A stretch of 64,000 nt of DNA, from the NCBI GenBank assembly GCA_964106645.2, contig OZ067045.1, one strand, 5' to 3'. The notes beneath the pieces were generated by a model, which saw nothing but the letters and a program-made list of their open reading frames with translations, made no database searches and had not been told where the DNA came from. The DNA comes from Podarcis pityusensis. Its lineage: Eukaryota. This document shows, in pieces, positions 1 through 15,100 of the stretch. Every line of letters begins with the position of its first letter. The stretch's first letter is position 1. A program made the position numbers and the translations under genes.

Positions 1-106
1 GACCTCCCGCACTAGTGATGTCTACCTTGGCCGGCAGACTGCTCAGCTGGGAAGGCAAAGCAAGCGCACAGAATCCATGCAAAAGGATGTGACCATGGTG
101 GTGCAG
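1..106 (+). CDS. HYDIN: HYDIN exon w1 (partial; w = window numbering)
   Basis: Frame from nt 2: [12 protein letters not shown]...[12 protein letters not shown]; donor CAG|GTAGGC, phase 0. Confidence 0.8.
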
Positions 107-3100
107 GTAGGCAGGGGCCTGCTTCCCCTTCATCCCCATGAGCTCTGGGTCTGGCGTCTGGGTCTCTGGTGCTCTTTCTAGGCTCCTTGGGAGCTATTCT
201 TTCCTCATTCTTTCTCCTTCAGACCTTCTGGCCATGCAGGGATAGTGTTTCCTATTGGGCAAATGTGAGACATCTTACTGTTTTGGGGAGGTTGGGTGGG
301 AATGGTATTGTCAAATATGTTATTGTTTTCACTTATTTATACAAGCAGCAACAATCAATATTCAGCAATTGTCTGTCCCCCCTAAGCACCAAATGTCTAT
401 TTAGTTACATTTAATGTTTAAGTCACTTCAGTTTTTAAGAAACGGTATCATTCCACAAGTCGCTGTGTGTTTTTGGAGGCCTATACCCATGTTCTGTTGA
501 TGTTGCCCATGTAATAAAACTATGCCGGGTTGATTGAAAGGGTTTTTTTTTTTGTCTGTTCGACTCTCTTGGATGTGGGTTGCCAATTTGTTCATTAAGT
601 CCCAGAGTCATATAGAGTCTTCCAATACCTTGCTGGTTTTCAATGTTGTAACTTTGTGAATTGCGTCTGTATGGACATTACTGTTGTTAGTTGCTTTGAG
701 ATGCTTTGTTAGAGACTAATGAATGAATTAAATGAAGTATCTAAACAAGCACATGTGTGCCATCTTGGCAGGTGCTGTGCTCAGGGAAGGAAACCAGGGA
801 GAGGAGGCAGAGAACAGCATTCCTTGGGAACAACCTCTCCCTCCCCAGGTGTTCCACATTAATGGACTCCAGGAAGGAAGAGCAAGTAGGGTTGGATGCT
901 CTGATTTGGTCCTCAGCTTTCAGCATCCTCAGCATTGGGCACACTGCTGCACCTGTGTAAGGTTTGCCAAGTGCAGCTTCCTTACGTTGCCAACTGTCTC
1001 TTTCACCTACTTCTATAGGAAGCAGACCCAAAATAGCTGGTGCAGCACTACCTGCATTGGTTCAGTGGCAGCTGTAGTGAAGGCTGCCTCCTGCTTGGGC
1101 TCTCTCCATAGGCTCGCTTCTCCCTTGGCATATTCACCGTCTCCCCTGGATTTGGAACCATTCCTCCGGGAGGCCATCAGACCATCACTGTGGACTGCAT
1201 TGCAGATGCAGTAGGGAAATTTGAGGAGTACATGAACATAGAGATCACTGACCGAGACCCCGACGACAACCCTGGTGGCATTCAGTACAGTCTGCTTGCA
1301 GAATCATGTGTCCCAGGTAGGTGATGGTAGCAGCTCTGGAACCATCACAGCTGGAAGGAGAACTAATCTCTTGAGTCTCTTTCATTTTGCCTGCCATCTG
1401 CAGGGAGGGAGGGATTTATTTTGTCCTGTGATATTATTCTAGGGAGTAGCCCTCCTTCCCCTGAAGCCCTGTGAAAGGAATGATAAATAATTACTTTTGG
1501 AAGAGTAATTCTCAACTTCTCAACTTCAATCTGTAATTAAGTTGTCCTCACTGTATTTCCCCAAGGTTTTGTGATGGATGACATGGCGAGCATTTTTGAG
1601 GAGCATCGAATCTGCAACAGCAGCAACCTCAGCCAGGTTCTGAAGACCATAGGATGCGAGTGTGTGTTTGTGACTGATGAAAACAAGTTCATCTTCAATA
1701 ACGTTTTGGTTGGGCACCAGGCAGTTGCCCGGTTCAAGATCTGCAACACTGGCCGAATCCCCTGTGATGTGGTTTTTAGCGTAAAGTCCATCTCTTCCAA
1801 GGTGAGAGCATCTGCTGTGCTGTGGTGGTTTTGTGTGGTAGCTGCTGCTGCTGCCACCGCCCCTTATATTGGGAGTTAAGATTGTTTTTATTTAACACGG
1901 CTCCAGGTGGCCATCATGGGTCTCTCTTGCAATCTTCCTAATATTCCTCCACTGCTAGCTTTGATACCATGTTTTTATTTCCCCCTGCCTGACTGCCTAC
2001 CACAAAACAGATTCCCTTCCTTGTGCTTCCTGTAGCCAGTTCCCTGCAAGGGTTGGCTAGGGCATGTAAGTTACATGACTGCGATGCGAAGACTGGAGCA
2101 TGGGGAGGATTCGCTTTCCCCATCTATATTCTCCCTGCAAGAGTGTACATAGGAATGAATGGCCATGCCCACCATCATGCGCTCCACCATATGTGGCTGC
2201 ATATGGTCCTCAGAGTTTGCCCATCTCTATTTAACCCAAGAAATCACCATGTACATAGCTGAAACAGAATAAAATTAATGGTCTAGGAATTTCATGTGGA
2301 AGCTTGTTATAGAAATACAGGGAAGGCTTATATCTTTGCCCCTATCACAGCAAACTGGGTCCATTGATAAATCAGTCATGGCAGCATTTGCTGCATTGGC
2401 TGAGCTGGCGGCAGCTTGGAAGGAAGCAGGCTAACACTGGTCCTGAAAGACCTACATTGATTCCTGGTATGTTTCTGAGCACAATTCAAAGTGTTTGTGC
2501 TGACCTTTAAAGCCGTAAATGGTCTTAGCCCAGTGTACCTGAAAGAGTGTCTTCACCTCCATCATTCAGCCCAGACACTGAGGTCCAGCTCTGAGGGACA
2601 TCTGGCAGTGAGGTTACAAGGAACCAGGCAGAGGGCCTTCTTGGTAGTGGTGCCTGCCCTGTAGAATGCCCTCCCATCAGATTTCAAGGAAATAAACAAC
2701 TATCTGACTCTTAGAAGACATTTGGGAAATTTTTAATGTCTAATGTTTTACAATTTTATATGTGCTGTAAGCCGCTCAGAGTGGCTGGGAAAACCCAGCC
2801 AGATGTACGGGGTATAAATAATAAAATAATAATAATAATAATAATAATTATTATTATTATTATTATTAGTCCTAGAAGTGTCCTGTCATTCTCCACATCC
2901 TCTTATTCAGGGAGGGGGCTTTCTGTGAGTGGTTTTTGAAGCTTCACCAGCTGTATGATGTTTCCACAGTCCAGTTTCCGGATCAGTGACATCTTTGAGC
3001 TCCAACCAGTGCGGATGTGCATTGCCAGCCGTTCACATGCCTTCACAAGCCTGACCTTCTCACCGCAGAGCATGCAAAACTACCAGTGCATTTTTGAGGC

Positions 3101-6100
3101 TGCTGTTGATGCACCGCCCAGGTATCCCAGTCATGGCTGATGGGAAGGTGGTGGCTCCTTTGGGCCATCTTCTAGACATGCACCCAAGGGCAATGTGTTC
3201 CCTTGTCTCTTACTTTCAGTGTGGTTGCAAAGTCAAGGAATTTATCCTTTGAGGTCACTGGGGATGGCAACCTCCCTCAGGTCACCATCATGCGCCCTGT
3301 GCTCCGCAATAAGAAAGGGAACCCACTCCTACTCTTCAGGAGGCTCCTGTTGGGCCACACAGAGATCCTTCCTCTGGTCTTTAAGAACTGTGGCAGCATC
3401 CTAGTCCAGGTAGGCAGCTTTGGGCATGGCAATGTTGCTCTTATGTGGTCCAGAAAGTGCACTTATAAATATTTTTCTAAATAAATAAATAATACATATG
3501 TTGTTAAAAATATATTAAAGTGGTTTACAGCAATAAAACAAAAAAAATTAAATGAAAAACCATATGAAAAGTGAAAAAGAGGCATCAGTTAACCATTGTG
3601 GAAGAATGTATTGCCTGCATACTCCTGGGGAAATAGGAAGGTTTTCAGCAGGCATTTAAAAGTCAGCATGGAAGGGGAAGCCATGGGCTTTTTTTTATAC
3701 ATGCGGGGAGAGCTTTTCACTTTCTTCCCACCGCCCCAGGCACAGCGACAGCCACTCTAAATACCCTGCTCTGATTTGGTGCTTCTGAGATCTTTGGGAC
3801 CATATATATAAGAGAGAGAGAGAGAGAGAGGAGCAGCCATCACCTGATCCTCCTGTTCTTATTTCTTGTTCTTTTTCCCATTCTGCCTCTGCCACACATC
3901 CCATCTGAGGGCTAGCCCTTGAGCAAGGAGCCCTTGGCCACCATTGCTGCCACTGGGGAGTGCTGCTGAGTGAGGCTGCCCAGGAAAATGGGTGGATGGT
4001 GTCCCTCCCCAGGGTGCCTCCCCTCCACTGTTGTCCAAGTAGCTCTCCACTTTTTCCCAGCTGCATTCTTCTTCCATGTGTTTTTCAAGCTACCCAGGGT
4101 TCATTCTTCAAAGGGCTCAAAAGCTGCCTCCAGGAAGCTTTCATGAGTATCTGCCGGGACAGCAGACCATGCCAGAGCCAAGGGGGAGAGGGCGGTGCAG
4201 GATTGACTTAAATATCCTGGGAACAAGATCTGGCCTGGAGGTCAGCAGTTTCCTATCTGTAGTTTAATGAATTAAAGGGTTTCATAGCAGCATAGGCTGA
4301 ATTGGTTACCTTAAACATCTGGATGTTAAGAATTTACAGAAAAGGCTGTCAGGCAAAGTTCTGTCTATTTGATAGTATTCCAAGGTGCTGTCTGGATCTA
4401 AATGGTCTCCCAGGACTCATGGCTTTGTTGCTGTTCTTGTTTTGTCCCTTTCCCCAGCTGTTCCTCAACATCTCAGATGAAAATTGTGCTTTCACTTTGA
4501 AACACAAACCCACTACCAAGTGCATTTATATGACCGCTCAGAATGAGGAGAATGAACCCAGCGAGGGAGGTAAATGACACATACCTGCTACCATGGCAAG
4601 GGCGCAGTAGCTGTGGAAAGGTGGGTGGGGCTCCCTGTGGCACTGGCTGCCTTTTAGCCCCTTATCCAGAGCGCTGAGATGGCTGCCTGAACAAAACGTC
4701 TGCAGAGTGCAGCTGAAGGTCTCGTAAAGAAAAAGCAAAGGAAGGGCCTTTTCTTTCTCCCTGAGATCTCTGGGCATTGTGGAGGAGGGATTCTGATATT
4801 TTGGTCTCCTATTTCCTTTGTCCTTTCATAGTCAGGAAACCTCACACAGCCTCTCTTGTCCTGCACAATGGGGAGTCTGCTGAGTTTGATGTGGTTTTCC
4901 AACCCACCTTGGCCCAGCGCATTGAAGGACTGATCCACCTCTCTATTGTGGACAATCAGTACGAGGAGACCACCATCCAAATGGTGGGCGAGGGCTACCA
5001 GGATGATGTCGTGCTGGACAACATCCACAGCTTAATTACGGAGACTGATTCTGAAAGACATCTGGAAGAGAACACAGCCGAGGGTGAGAGAAAGGGGAGG
5101 TGCTTCAGTGAACTGGGGGTGGGACCGCTAGCAATGGGTGACAAATGTTGCCTTGTTTAGAGATCCTCCCAAAATGTCCTGGCCATACCTAGCTGATCGC
5201 AGATTAACAGTTAATTGAGGCAATGGATTTCCTCAGAGTAAATCTTACCCAGAACTTGAAGATTCTATGCTGGGATAATAAGACAAACAATAATTCTTCT
5301 TGCATGGACAGCTCTCGAGGCCAACTTTATTTTTTTTATGTCTCAAGAATATAATTCTATTACAGAATAAAAACTAGTAACTGTATTCACATCTGATGCA
5401 TAATGTAGTGGTTCTAGGGGTTGCTCGTGCGTAAGCCGGTGCCAACACCTGGCAGGGTTGCCTGAGTGAACCTTTTCTATCCGGACAGCCACTCACCCGT
5501 GGCTGTCTCAATCGCTGGCAGAATCCGTCAGTGGGCATTTCTTAAACTTCTTCCAGCAAAGAAGCTCTTTGACGCCTAGTCTCCTCTACTCTCTCTGCGC
5601 GAAAGCCTTCTGCGCAAGGAGGGCGTAGGCAGCGGAGGACCCCTACTCTCCCCACTGGTCCCCGGCAAAGAGTCATGGGACCGCCTCGCCGCTTCCCCCA
5701 TCTGCCCCCCTTCTCCACTGGTGCTACGCTGATTCTCTTCCCCAGAAGATGGGCTGCCTCTCCCAATCCCGGGACGCTCTCTGGAATCCCTCTGGATCTT
5801 GCTCTCTCCCTCCGGCACTGATGGCAGTTCCCTGACACATAAGTAGACCCAACTAATGTGGTAAACATTCATGATATGAAGGCTATAATATTATTCATTT
5901 TTTATTGAAAATATTTCAATTAAACAAAATAAAGTGGAAAACAAGAAAAATGAAACAAATGGTGCATAAAAAGGGGGGAAACTCACTATAATGACATACA
6001 TACTTATCTAATACAAAGGCATATAAATGAAATTAATATTCTAATACATACACGATTATTTATAATCTACTATATTTTTCATTAATGGCTTCCAAATGTC

Positions 6101-9100
6101 ATAATAGTGATCCATAAACAGTCTATGTCTATAAGCTATTTGTTTGTATGTTGCAAGAGTTGTCATATATTCTATCCATTGATTAAAGGGGGCCATAGAT
6201 TTATGGTTCCAGCAGTGGCGGAGGAAGAGGAGTGCGGGGCAAGCGCACCACCCCCGGCAGCGTGATCCCGGTGGGGTGCCATCGCAGCTGCCCCCCCGCC
6301 CGTGCTGGGCGCCACGTCCCCACAGGCGGCATACCACACCCCTGCCTGCTGTCCGCCCCCCGGTGCCGGAGCATGAAGCTCTGCCACTGGGTTCCAGTGG
6401 ATCAATATCAGTCTTTTAGCCGTAGTGAAGGTGAAAATAATCCATTTATGCTAACCAGTTGTCAAATATAGTAGGTAGATATTAAAATAATACCGTCCTC
6501 TGACAATACTAGCTTTCCTCCCAAATTAATATTTATACACTCTAGCACTTTCTTCCAAAATTTCATAAGCATTGGACATTGCATGAACATACTTTTCAAA
6601 GAAGCATTATTACATCTACAACAGGTTGTCATAGATAGTCCCTTTCTATACAAACATTAGAGTCCAATAAATTCTAAATATTATATTTTGTAGTATAAGA
6701 CACAATTTTAAATTCATCGACACCTTTGCTACAGAAGTTGATTTCTATATTTCCTAAGATAAAGAAAGTAGATTTATATCTATTTGCAGCAATACTTCTT
6801 CATACGTATTACTACATTGTTAAAAAACAAAACATAGGCAGCTTTTTTTTAGTAGTATCCCATGGTGGGCCAGATCCTGAGCCCCTTCTCCCCCAGCAGA
6901 TCACTTTGAAAGGTTGGTGATGCACTGAGGAGATGGAAGCAAACTTGTGAACTTAGAAACCTGAGTTCTGAGCAGATGGAAAACAAAAGCAGGCAAGCAG
7001 CTCCAAACTGTAGTTTGGCAGCTATGCATATGGACCTTCAAACCATGATGTGGGTTCTTAACGTTCAGTGCATACCATGGTTGAGTGTGGCATTGAGTGT
7101 GGAATTGAGCTAATGGGCAAAGGGGCTTCAAGGATCAAGAAGGCAAGTGGGAAGTAAGAAGCTACGCCTTATGACAATGTCTTTATCACTGGGAGGCAAC
7201 AAAAGCTGCCCTTGTTCAGAACACCTGGCCTCTTTCCCCACAGCTCCCCGAATAGATTGCGTCCAGTTTGGGGACTGTCACATTGGCAGGTCCTATCAGG
7301 CATCATGTACCATAACCAACCACAGCAAGTCAGATGTGATGAGATTTGAATGGCCGACTTCGGGTCCACTTCACTTCTCCCCACAGGTAGGTGGAGGCAC
7401 CCCTGTCCTCAATTCTCCTTTGCTGCCAAAGCTCCCAGAGGCCCAAGGCTTTGCACCCCACTTATCTCTTGCAGGCTCCATTGTTACCAAAGGTGGGGGC
7501 AGGCTTCCACAATTGTTTAGTGTGGAATTGCCACATGTAGTCACAACTGGAATGAAAATATGTTTCAGCATGTTGAAGATCATGCAGGGGAGGCTGCAGC
7601 CTGAAGCTGCCATTGTGCTTTTCACCAGTGCTGAATTAATCCCTAAGGAGAAAAGTGCAGGTCACCATCAGCGTGCACTCAGTTTACTTTCAGGGCTGCC
7701 CAGTGATCAATGCAGGTCTTTTATGATCCTGCTATTTCTCCTTGGTTATCTTGCCAACATCTGACTCTCTGGTTCTCCACACCCCTCCCCTAGGTTGGCC
7801 ATCTCCACAGCGGGTGCACCAAAAACATCACAGTAACCTTGAAATCTAGCCTCCCCGTCACACTGAAAGAACAGGCCATCAAGTGCAAGGTGACCAAGAT
7901 TGCCTTCCAGCTGCCAGCTGACCAAGTGCCTGATTGGGACGATCGCCTCCACACTGTCAAATGGGTGGACATCTCAAAAAGTATCACGACAACACGCCCA
8001 ACTAAGAAGAAGGTAAGAAACAAGGGAGCGAAGAGGTGCTCAGAGAGGTCTCATGCAGGCACTGATGGAGCTGAATTGAACAAGGCTAAATTCTGCAAGG
8101 GAATGAGGCTTCTAGGTCCAAGACAAATTGAAACAGGGGAGTTGCTGCATGTTGCACAGCTCAGGATTTGTTACATGACCTGCTGTAGCCTTTTGCTGTC
8201 CAGGAGATTCCTCTGCTGTTTTATTCTTTTGCTTGCTGCTTTGCCAGATATGAACCTCACCTGGCACTTGTTGGGCTCTGGGTTCAGGAGCTATACTCTC
8301 ATCTGGAGATGTCAAAGGAAACAAATGCTATTTTCTTCCCAGATCTAATGGGTGATGAAAATGAAGCCTGTCCTTTTGGGATTTACATATTGCTTGGACT
8401 GAGTTACTTCCTTATCACCTGACCCGTGATGTTGTCCTAATTTGTTTAACTTCTTCATAAGGTTCCATTTTCCATTTACTTCCTTCCTTTTGTATTAGTT
8501 TTTCATATGTAACCCAATTTTTACTCATATTTATCTTTTTCACACTCATCGCTTCTAATGGGGACACCCATCGCTATGTTTCCTTTGCTGAATCTCACTG
8601 GCAAAGTGGCCTCTCCTTGTGCCTCCATCCACTTGCTGGCGGTAGTAATGCCCCTAAATACCAGTTACTGGAAACCACAGGAGGAAGAGAGTGCTGCGGC
8701 ACTTGGTTCCTGCTTGCAGGCTTCCTATTGACCACTGTGAGAACAGGATGCTGGGTTAGATGAGCAACTGACCTGATCCTGAAGAGCTGTTCTTACGTTC
8801 TTAAGGTTGGAAACGAGCCACCTTGTGGTTGCTTCCTATTGTGGCTGCTTCCTATTGTTCTGCTGTTGGTGTAGGTGATTGAGACAGATCCGGAACCTGC
8901 TCACACGACTGTGGAAGACAGTGGCCGAGAACTGGAGCTCTGGGTGAGTGCCACTGTGGACTACGCACAATACAAAATGGAAGTGGAGACAGTGAACTTC
9001 AAGGACACTTTGCTGTTCCAGACGAGGGTGTACGAGTGAGTAACAAATATGCAGAATCTTGTTCAGAGGCTGCCTTCTATTTTTGGGACCCCCTTTTTGT

Positions 9101-12100
9101 GGAGCCCAGCTTCTCCTACCTTACAGTGTGCTGGACACATATACCTGCATTCCCATGGATGATTCATGCTTCAGGCCACCTTGCTTTCCCCAAACTCAGA
9201 GATGAAGAGGATTGAGTATATGTGACCAGAGCACAGTGACTCGTCTATTTCCTTTGTTCTGAGCCAGACCTCCCAATTTCCTCCTTTTCTCTTTGCCCTC
9301 TTGTTCTACCAGTGTGGAGCTCTCTAATACAGGGAACGTGCAGCTAGAATACACCTGGAATGTGGTCATGGAGGAGACCGGGAGGGCAGTCAACTTTGCT
9401 ACTGAGGCTTTGGCAGCCAGCCCAGAAGGTGCAACAGGTAAGCCTTAGTGGGCTTCTCAGGCTCTACTTTCCACCACTTCTCAGGTGCCTTGAGAACATC
9501 CTCAGATCCTTCCCTTCTAGCTTGTGGAACATCACACACCCCTGCCTGTTGGCCCTTTCCTCTCATCTTTTTGGATCTTTCAAGACTGTTCTATATTTGC
9601 CTGGGACATTCAGGGCAGGTTGCAACAGGTAGGCTGTATCAGCCAGAAGGGAGTTACTTGCCAGGGGATGCTTTCTAGAGAGTTAATGGGGAACTTTTAG
9701 CTTGTCTGTATGCTTATTTAAAACATTTCTTTGGCAGTTCACAAGCATATAAATACATTTTCTATTTAAAAAACCCAGCACATTTGTAGTAAAGTCTTTC
9801 CTAACTTCACTACAACATTAAAATGCAATAAATGCATCCAGATTAAGCAAGACAATTTTTACAACAGCATCACAACAGAAAAGCAGCACACCACCCCTCC
9901 CCAGCTATCACAATATGGATCTCAACAGCTGCAATGCAACTTCATTTGAATATCTAAGCAGAGAAACAGGTCTATCTGCAAGAAGGCTTTCCTCCACATA
10001 ACCTAGGCCAAGCTTGCTAAGGACTTGGCCCAGAAGCAAACACACAGGCAGCACAGTTCTTTTAAAAGTGGTGCTTCTTGCTCACAGTTGACCACTCCAC
10101 TCAGTTGTGCCATTTCACTGCCTTCTGTGCAAGCTGCAGCTTCCAGGCCAACCCTAAACGTGGCATTTTTGCTCTATGTCTCAAGTGCTTGCTGTTGCCA
10201 TCACCTCTTCCCCATAACATTCTCTGGAGCATGAACGACACTGGCCAGGGCAAACTTGCACACCAAGTCCCAGAGATGTTTGCCCTGGTAGCTGAGTTCA
10301 TAACAAGCCATAATGTCCAGATGTGGAAAATAAATGGAAGGTCACAAAATGCTGCTTTGAATAATGCATTGAGAAGAAGCAGTTGTCTCAGCAAATTCTT
10401 CCTTCAACTCAGCGGAAGTTCCATCTGTTGCTTCCATCAAGACCGGGTCCAGCCGACGGTTCAGTCATTTTGAGAGTATGGTGGACAGCCTTTCTTCCTA
10501 CGTGTCCCCAGCAGCCACTGGAGCCCCCTTCTTCATGGAGCCCAACTGTGGTACCATCCTTCCTAAGAGCTCCCAGACCCTCCAGGTGAAATTCTGTCCT
10601 CAGGAAGTGGGAGAGTTTGAGGGCCGCCTACTCTGCAGGTAAGGAGACTTCCCACAAATGCCATCCGCAAGTCCTGAGAGAGCAAATCTTCCCGACACTG
10701 CAGATGTTGTTACATCTTGCTCTCACCTTGAGTGCTTCCTTACACAGCTGCTGTCGTGTTCGGTGGGAGGCAGGCAGCATGGTCTGTGACTTCCTAACAA
10801 AATGGCTATTACCTAGGTTTAGAAGGCTCTGAACTTTGTTCTGTATGACTGCACAGAAATTATAATCACTATCTTTCTGGCATCAACACTGTCTCTCTGA
10901 ATCCAGGGGAGGAGGAGCGGTGCAGAGGCAGCAACACAGGTTTCCTCTTACTTCATTGCCCTCTTTTGATGGACTTGGGATGGTGGCGGCTCAAGTGTTC
11001 CCATAAATAGGGGGGAAAGGCCTCCAACAACAGAGTTTTGACTCTCCCTGACAGTGCCACAAGTAGTTGAGCCTTATGCAGTGGAGGCCTACACCAGTCA
11101 AATGCTGAACTTATCTGAATAGTATATATATATCTGCTCAGTGGGACAAAATGCGGGTGAAGCTTTTGCTCATGCCTTAGAATGCCAGCAGATGCAAATG
11201 TGTATTAACCGCATAATGCTTGGTGAGAAACTGAGTAAAATGGGGATTTGTTAGTCCAGAAAGGGTGGTGATCACTGCCAAAGAGGCAGAAAAATAGCAA
11301 GAGAGTTTCCTTGTAGGGAAAAGATGGATCACATGCCATGTGTGGGGTAGGGAGTCCCAGAAATTAATTTTCATATTCCCTGTCAACCTGGGTCTTTTTT
11401 TCTTTCAGTATTTCTAACCTGAAGCCTGATGAGGAAGGCCCAGTTGTGGCTGTGAAGGCAAAGAGCCTCCTGCCCTACTGTCATTTTGAGCTGGAAGATT
11501 CCAATTACATCACTGCGCACAGACGCAACCAAGACTTGCGAGGGCCTGGTGGGATGAGCCTGGATGCCAACACCAAAGTGATTGAATTTACCTCTATAGG
11601 AGTGTACGTCAGGAACACCCGGTGAGTATCCAGTCAGTTCTTTGCATTGACTGCTTCATTCAAACACTCATAGGTGTTCTAAGCAGTGACTGGGAACATC
11701 CCTTGGACTTGGGCTTTCAGCCGAGAGAGCTGCTTTCCCTTTGGCAGTGTTGCATGCCCAGGATGGTGGGGCTGCTGGTGCAGCAGTTTATTCCACGGCT
11801 GCGTTTTTGCTATTTCTCCTTCCTGCGTGGCACACCAGCGCCAGTCATGACTCTGGAGAGGGTCTGAAGCAGCTACCTTGGAAGCATTTGCTAACATCTG
11901 AAAGTTTTGCATCAGTGCAAAAGCACCTACATAGAAAAAAGAATGTTTATCAGCAGAAAAGCACAAGAGGAATAAGGATATATCCTCAGTAGCTGGATGT
12001 TATCACTGCCTCCAAGGACCGTAGAGGAAATAGATGCTATTGAAAAAGATTTGTCAAAATGGATTATTCAACTGGTGTTCCCTCTTCTGATTAATATTAT

Positions 12101-15100
12101 TTGGGCTGTTTTGCTGTATCTTTATTGATGTAATAAATCGGTCTTGTTATTGTTTATGCTTTGGCTTCTGGGAACCTTTACCATTGTTTTTCTTCATATA
12201 AAGCATGTCACTTATCTAATAAAAGTCAGGAGGCAGGGATTCAAGCTTGTGAATTTCATAACTTCACCCAGTAACTTGAGTTCTGGCTGACAGTGACCCA
12301 CATGCTGAATTAGTGAATCAGGCACTTTTATTTGCATCCAGGCTTCAAGCTTTTATTGATGCGATCAGTCGATTAATCAACTAAAGTTTATTTGATTCAC
12401 TGGTGGGGGCTGACTTTTAATCAGTAGCACTCTGAAAATGAAGGCACACTTGCTTATTTTTTATGTGGCTTTGTGATAGGCTTGTTACTGTAAAGGGAAA
12501 GAAAATCAAATGTTAAAAATAGTCTTTCTCTCTAAAATGAGTGATAGCTTTAAGAAATAAATTGTGTTGTACTTCACCACAAAAAAAACAAAAACCAAGC
12601 ACATATCCTTGCACTAGACCTATGCAAAAGTGCATAAATGCAATTTGTTACTGAACTGGTTTCTTAAAAGAGAGATGAACAATCAACTAGACTTCCCCCC
12701 CCCCATTAGCTGACAGCCTAGCATGTCTCCGATGTCACTTCTTCCATGTCTTGGGTAGGAGCTTTGCCATCATGAACCCCACCAATGCCACCTACTCTTT
12801 CCAGTGGGTCTGTGAGCAGCAGGAGAACAAAGATTATGCTGCCTTCATCTGCTTTACGGAGCGAGGCCAGCTCCGGCCAGAGAAAAAAGTGGAGGTGAGT
12901 TGGCAGAGGGAATGCCAAGTTAGGGCCACCATTTCTTGCCTCTGAGTCTTCCTTGGCAAGGTTGTGGCCGCTCCTGGTTGCCTGTTCCTCTTGCAAGTAT
13001 GGAATTCAGACAAACAAAGGGCGAGACATATATGGATGTGTCATATACATGTACCTTTTCCATGTGCCACTTCTGGTAGTTCTTATTCCAGCAAGCCAAC
13101 ACAGAAGCACATCTATTCTGGTAACAGTATGTGTTTTGAACCCACATGCATGTCTAGCACCCATGTGTATTCACACACACACTAAAGATAGGTTTAGGAT
13201 CTTTTGCTGGAGTTATGACATGTGCTTGTTATGTGTTGACCCTTAACCTCATGCCCACAATAACTTATCACCCCAAGGAATAAAGAAAGCTTGGTTTATT
13301 ATAGGAAACACAAGTGACAGAATATATAAATGTTGCTTCAGACAGCAAAATTACAAGTTAAGCAGGCAGCAACTACTACAGTGCACACTGCCCTTGACCT
13401 GAAGAGTGAAAGAGTCCCTGTTTTAAAAAGCCTATGGAAACATGGGTATGACAATTTTGCCAGCAAGACCCACACTAAGAGCAAGAAATGGAAAGGGAAG
13501 AATATATCTGGTGTAGGTGGGTTTTCATGAAGCAAGACACAGCGATAACAGCAAGAACCTTTATTGACCTACATAACTGTGGAAACAGGGACAAAGCAAC
13601 TGCTTATAAAGTGAAGCAGGCCTGTGCTGTTCCTTGAGAGTGCTGAGAAAGAGAGTTCCTCAATGGAGCTATGATAGCTATTGACTATTGGAAAACCTGG
13701 GGTTTTAATAATATTTTTAGTCAATGCCTCCTAGTAGAGAAGGAAGATGCTGGCTGCAAAACTGGGGAAGTCCTTAGTGATGGTGTGTGTGTGGAAATAC
13801 TTTTGAAAGCATTGTAGTAAAAGGCAGGGGGAAGGAGGTAGAAAACTGCCACTAGCAAGAACAGGGCTGTGCCAGAGGTTTCCAGTTGCCTTTTTACCTG
13901 TAGGTCATATTTGAATTCATCCCTCAACATCTGGACACCACAGAATCCTTTTGGACTTTCTTAATCCCTGAACACAACCTTTCTGTCCCATTCCTCTTGG
14001 TTGGCCACACCACGGATCCTGCTGTGTCTCTGGAGAGATCCCACCTGAACTTCCGCTCGCTCCTTATTGGTAAGGATAGACATGGGAGGCAGCGGGGGGG
14101 GGGGGGATCTGTCCATTTCAGTTTCTTATTTTCTCAGTCTGAATATCTATTTGCCATATTTCACACAATTTGTATAAATGTATGGTGCAATCTAATCATA
14201 TTCTGCAATTTAATCTTAAAACGAATATTCATAAAAATTCTTTAGTATTTTGGTGCACAAAGAAATCAACTTTGCAAGGTAAGAACCAAATGGTCTTTCC
14301 CTTTAATATATACATTTTTGTTTATATATTATAGTTGAATATAATATAGTTTATATATTATAGTTGAATTGCAAAATTCAGAGACATGTGAATTTTAAAG
14401 GATAAATGTGTTTCATTTTGTGTAAGTTTTTATTGGGGAAAAATACAATTTACTCTTAGGCAGTAAAGATTCTGAGTAAATATAATTGGGAAGGCGGTGA
14501 GTTCTCTCTAGCAAACTGACTCAAACCCTAGCAATCTGTTGCTATTCCTCTCTTGCTAAGGACACGAGGCTCGTGAGAGCATCGACATTATCAACAATGA
14601 GAATGAGACCTACAATTTTTCCTTCAGAGAAGGCTCTCGTTTTTCAGAGGGGCGAATCAGCTGTCTAAAACTGCAGCCCATGGAAGGCTCAATCCCACCT
14701 CGTTCCAGGTAAAGGAGGATGTGGAGCTAGATAACAAGTGCCTTGAATGGCACATTCTTGGTACTCAGGGTGTCCCTGTTGATTGAATCATAGAATCATA
14801 GAATCATAGAGTTGGAATAGACCACAAGGGCCATCAAGTCCAACCCCCTGCCAAGCAGGAAACACCATCAGAGCACTCCTGACATATGGATGTCAAGCCT
14901 CTGCATAAAGACCTCCAAAGAAGGAGACTCCACCACACTCCTTGGCAGCAAATTCCACTGTCGAACAGCTCTTACTGTCAGGAAGTTCTTCCTAATGTTT
15001 AGGTGGAATCTTCTTTCTTGTAGTTTGGATCCATTGCTCCATGTCCGCTTCTCTGGAGCAGCAGAAAACAACCTTTCTCCCTCCTCTATATGACATCCTT

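Noticed and set aside
2736-2939. Poly-Ile ORF resembling a transmembrane peptide
   Set aside because: Translation of the L2 (AAT/ATT)n tail
7147-7764. 205-aa ORF
   Set aside because: Only 7244-7386 is a HYDIN exon; the rest is intronic read-through
14320-14370. Short direct repeats (also 8828-8857 and 17314-17344)
   Set aside because: Two-copy local duplications; not an array or CRISPR-like structure
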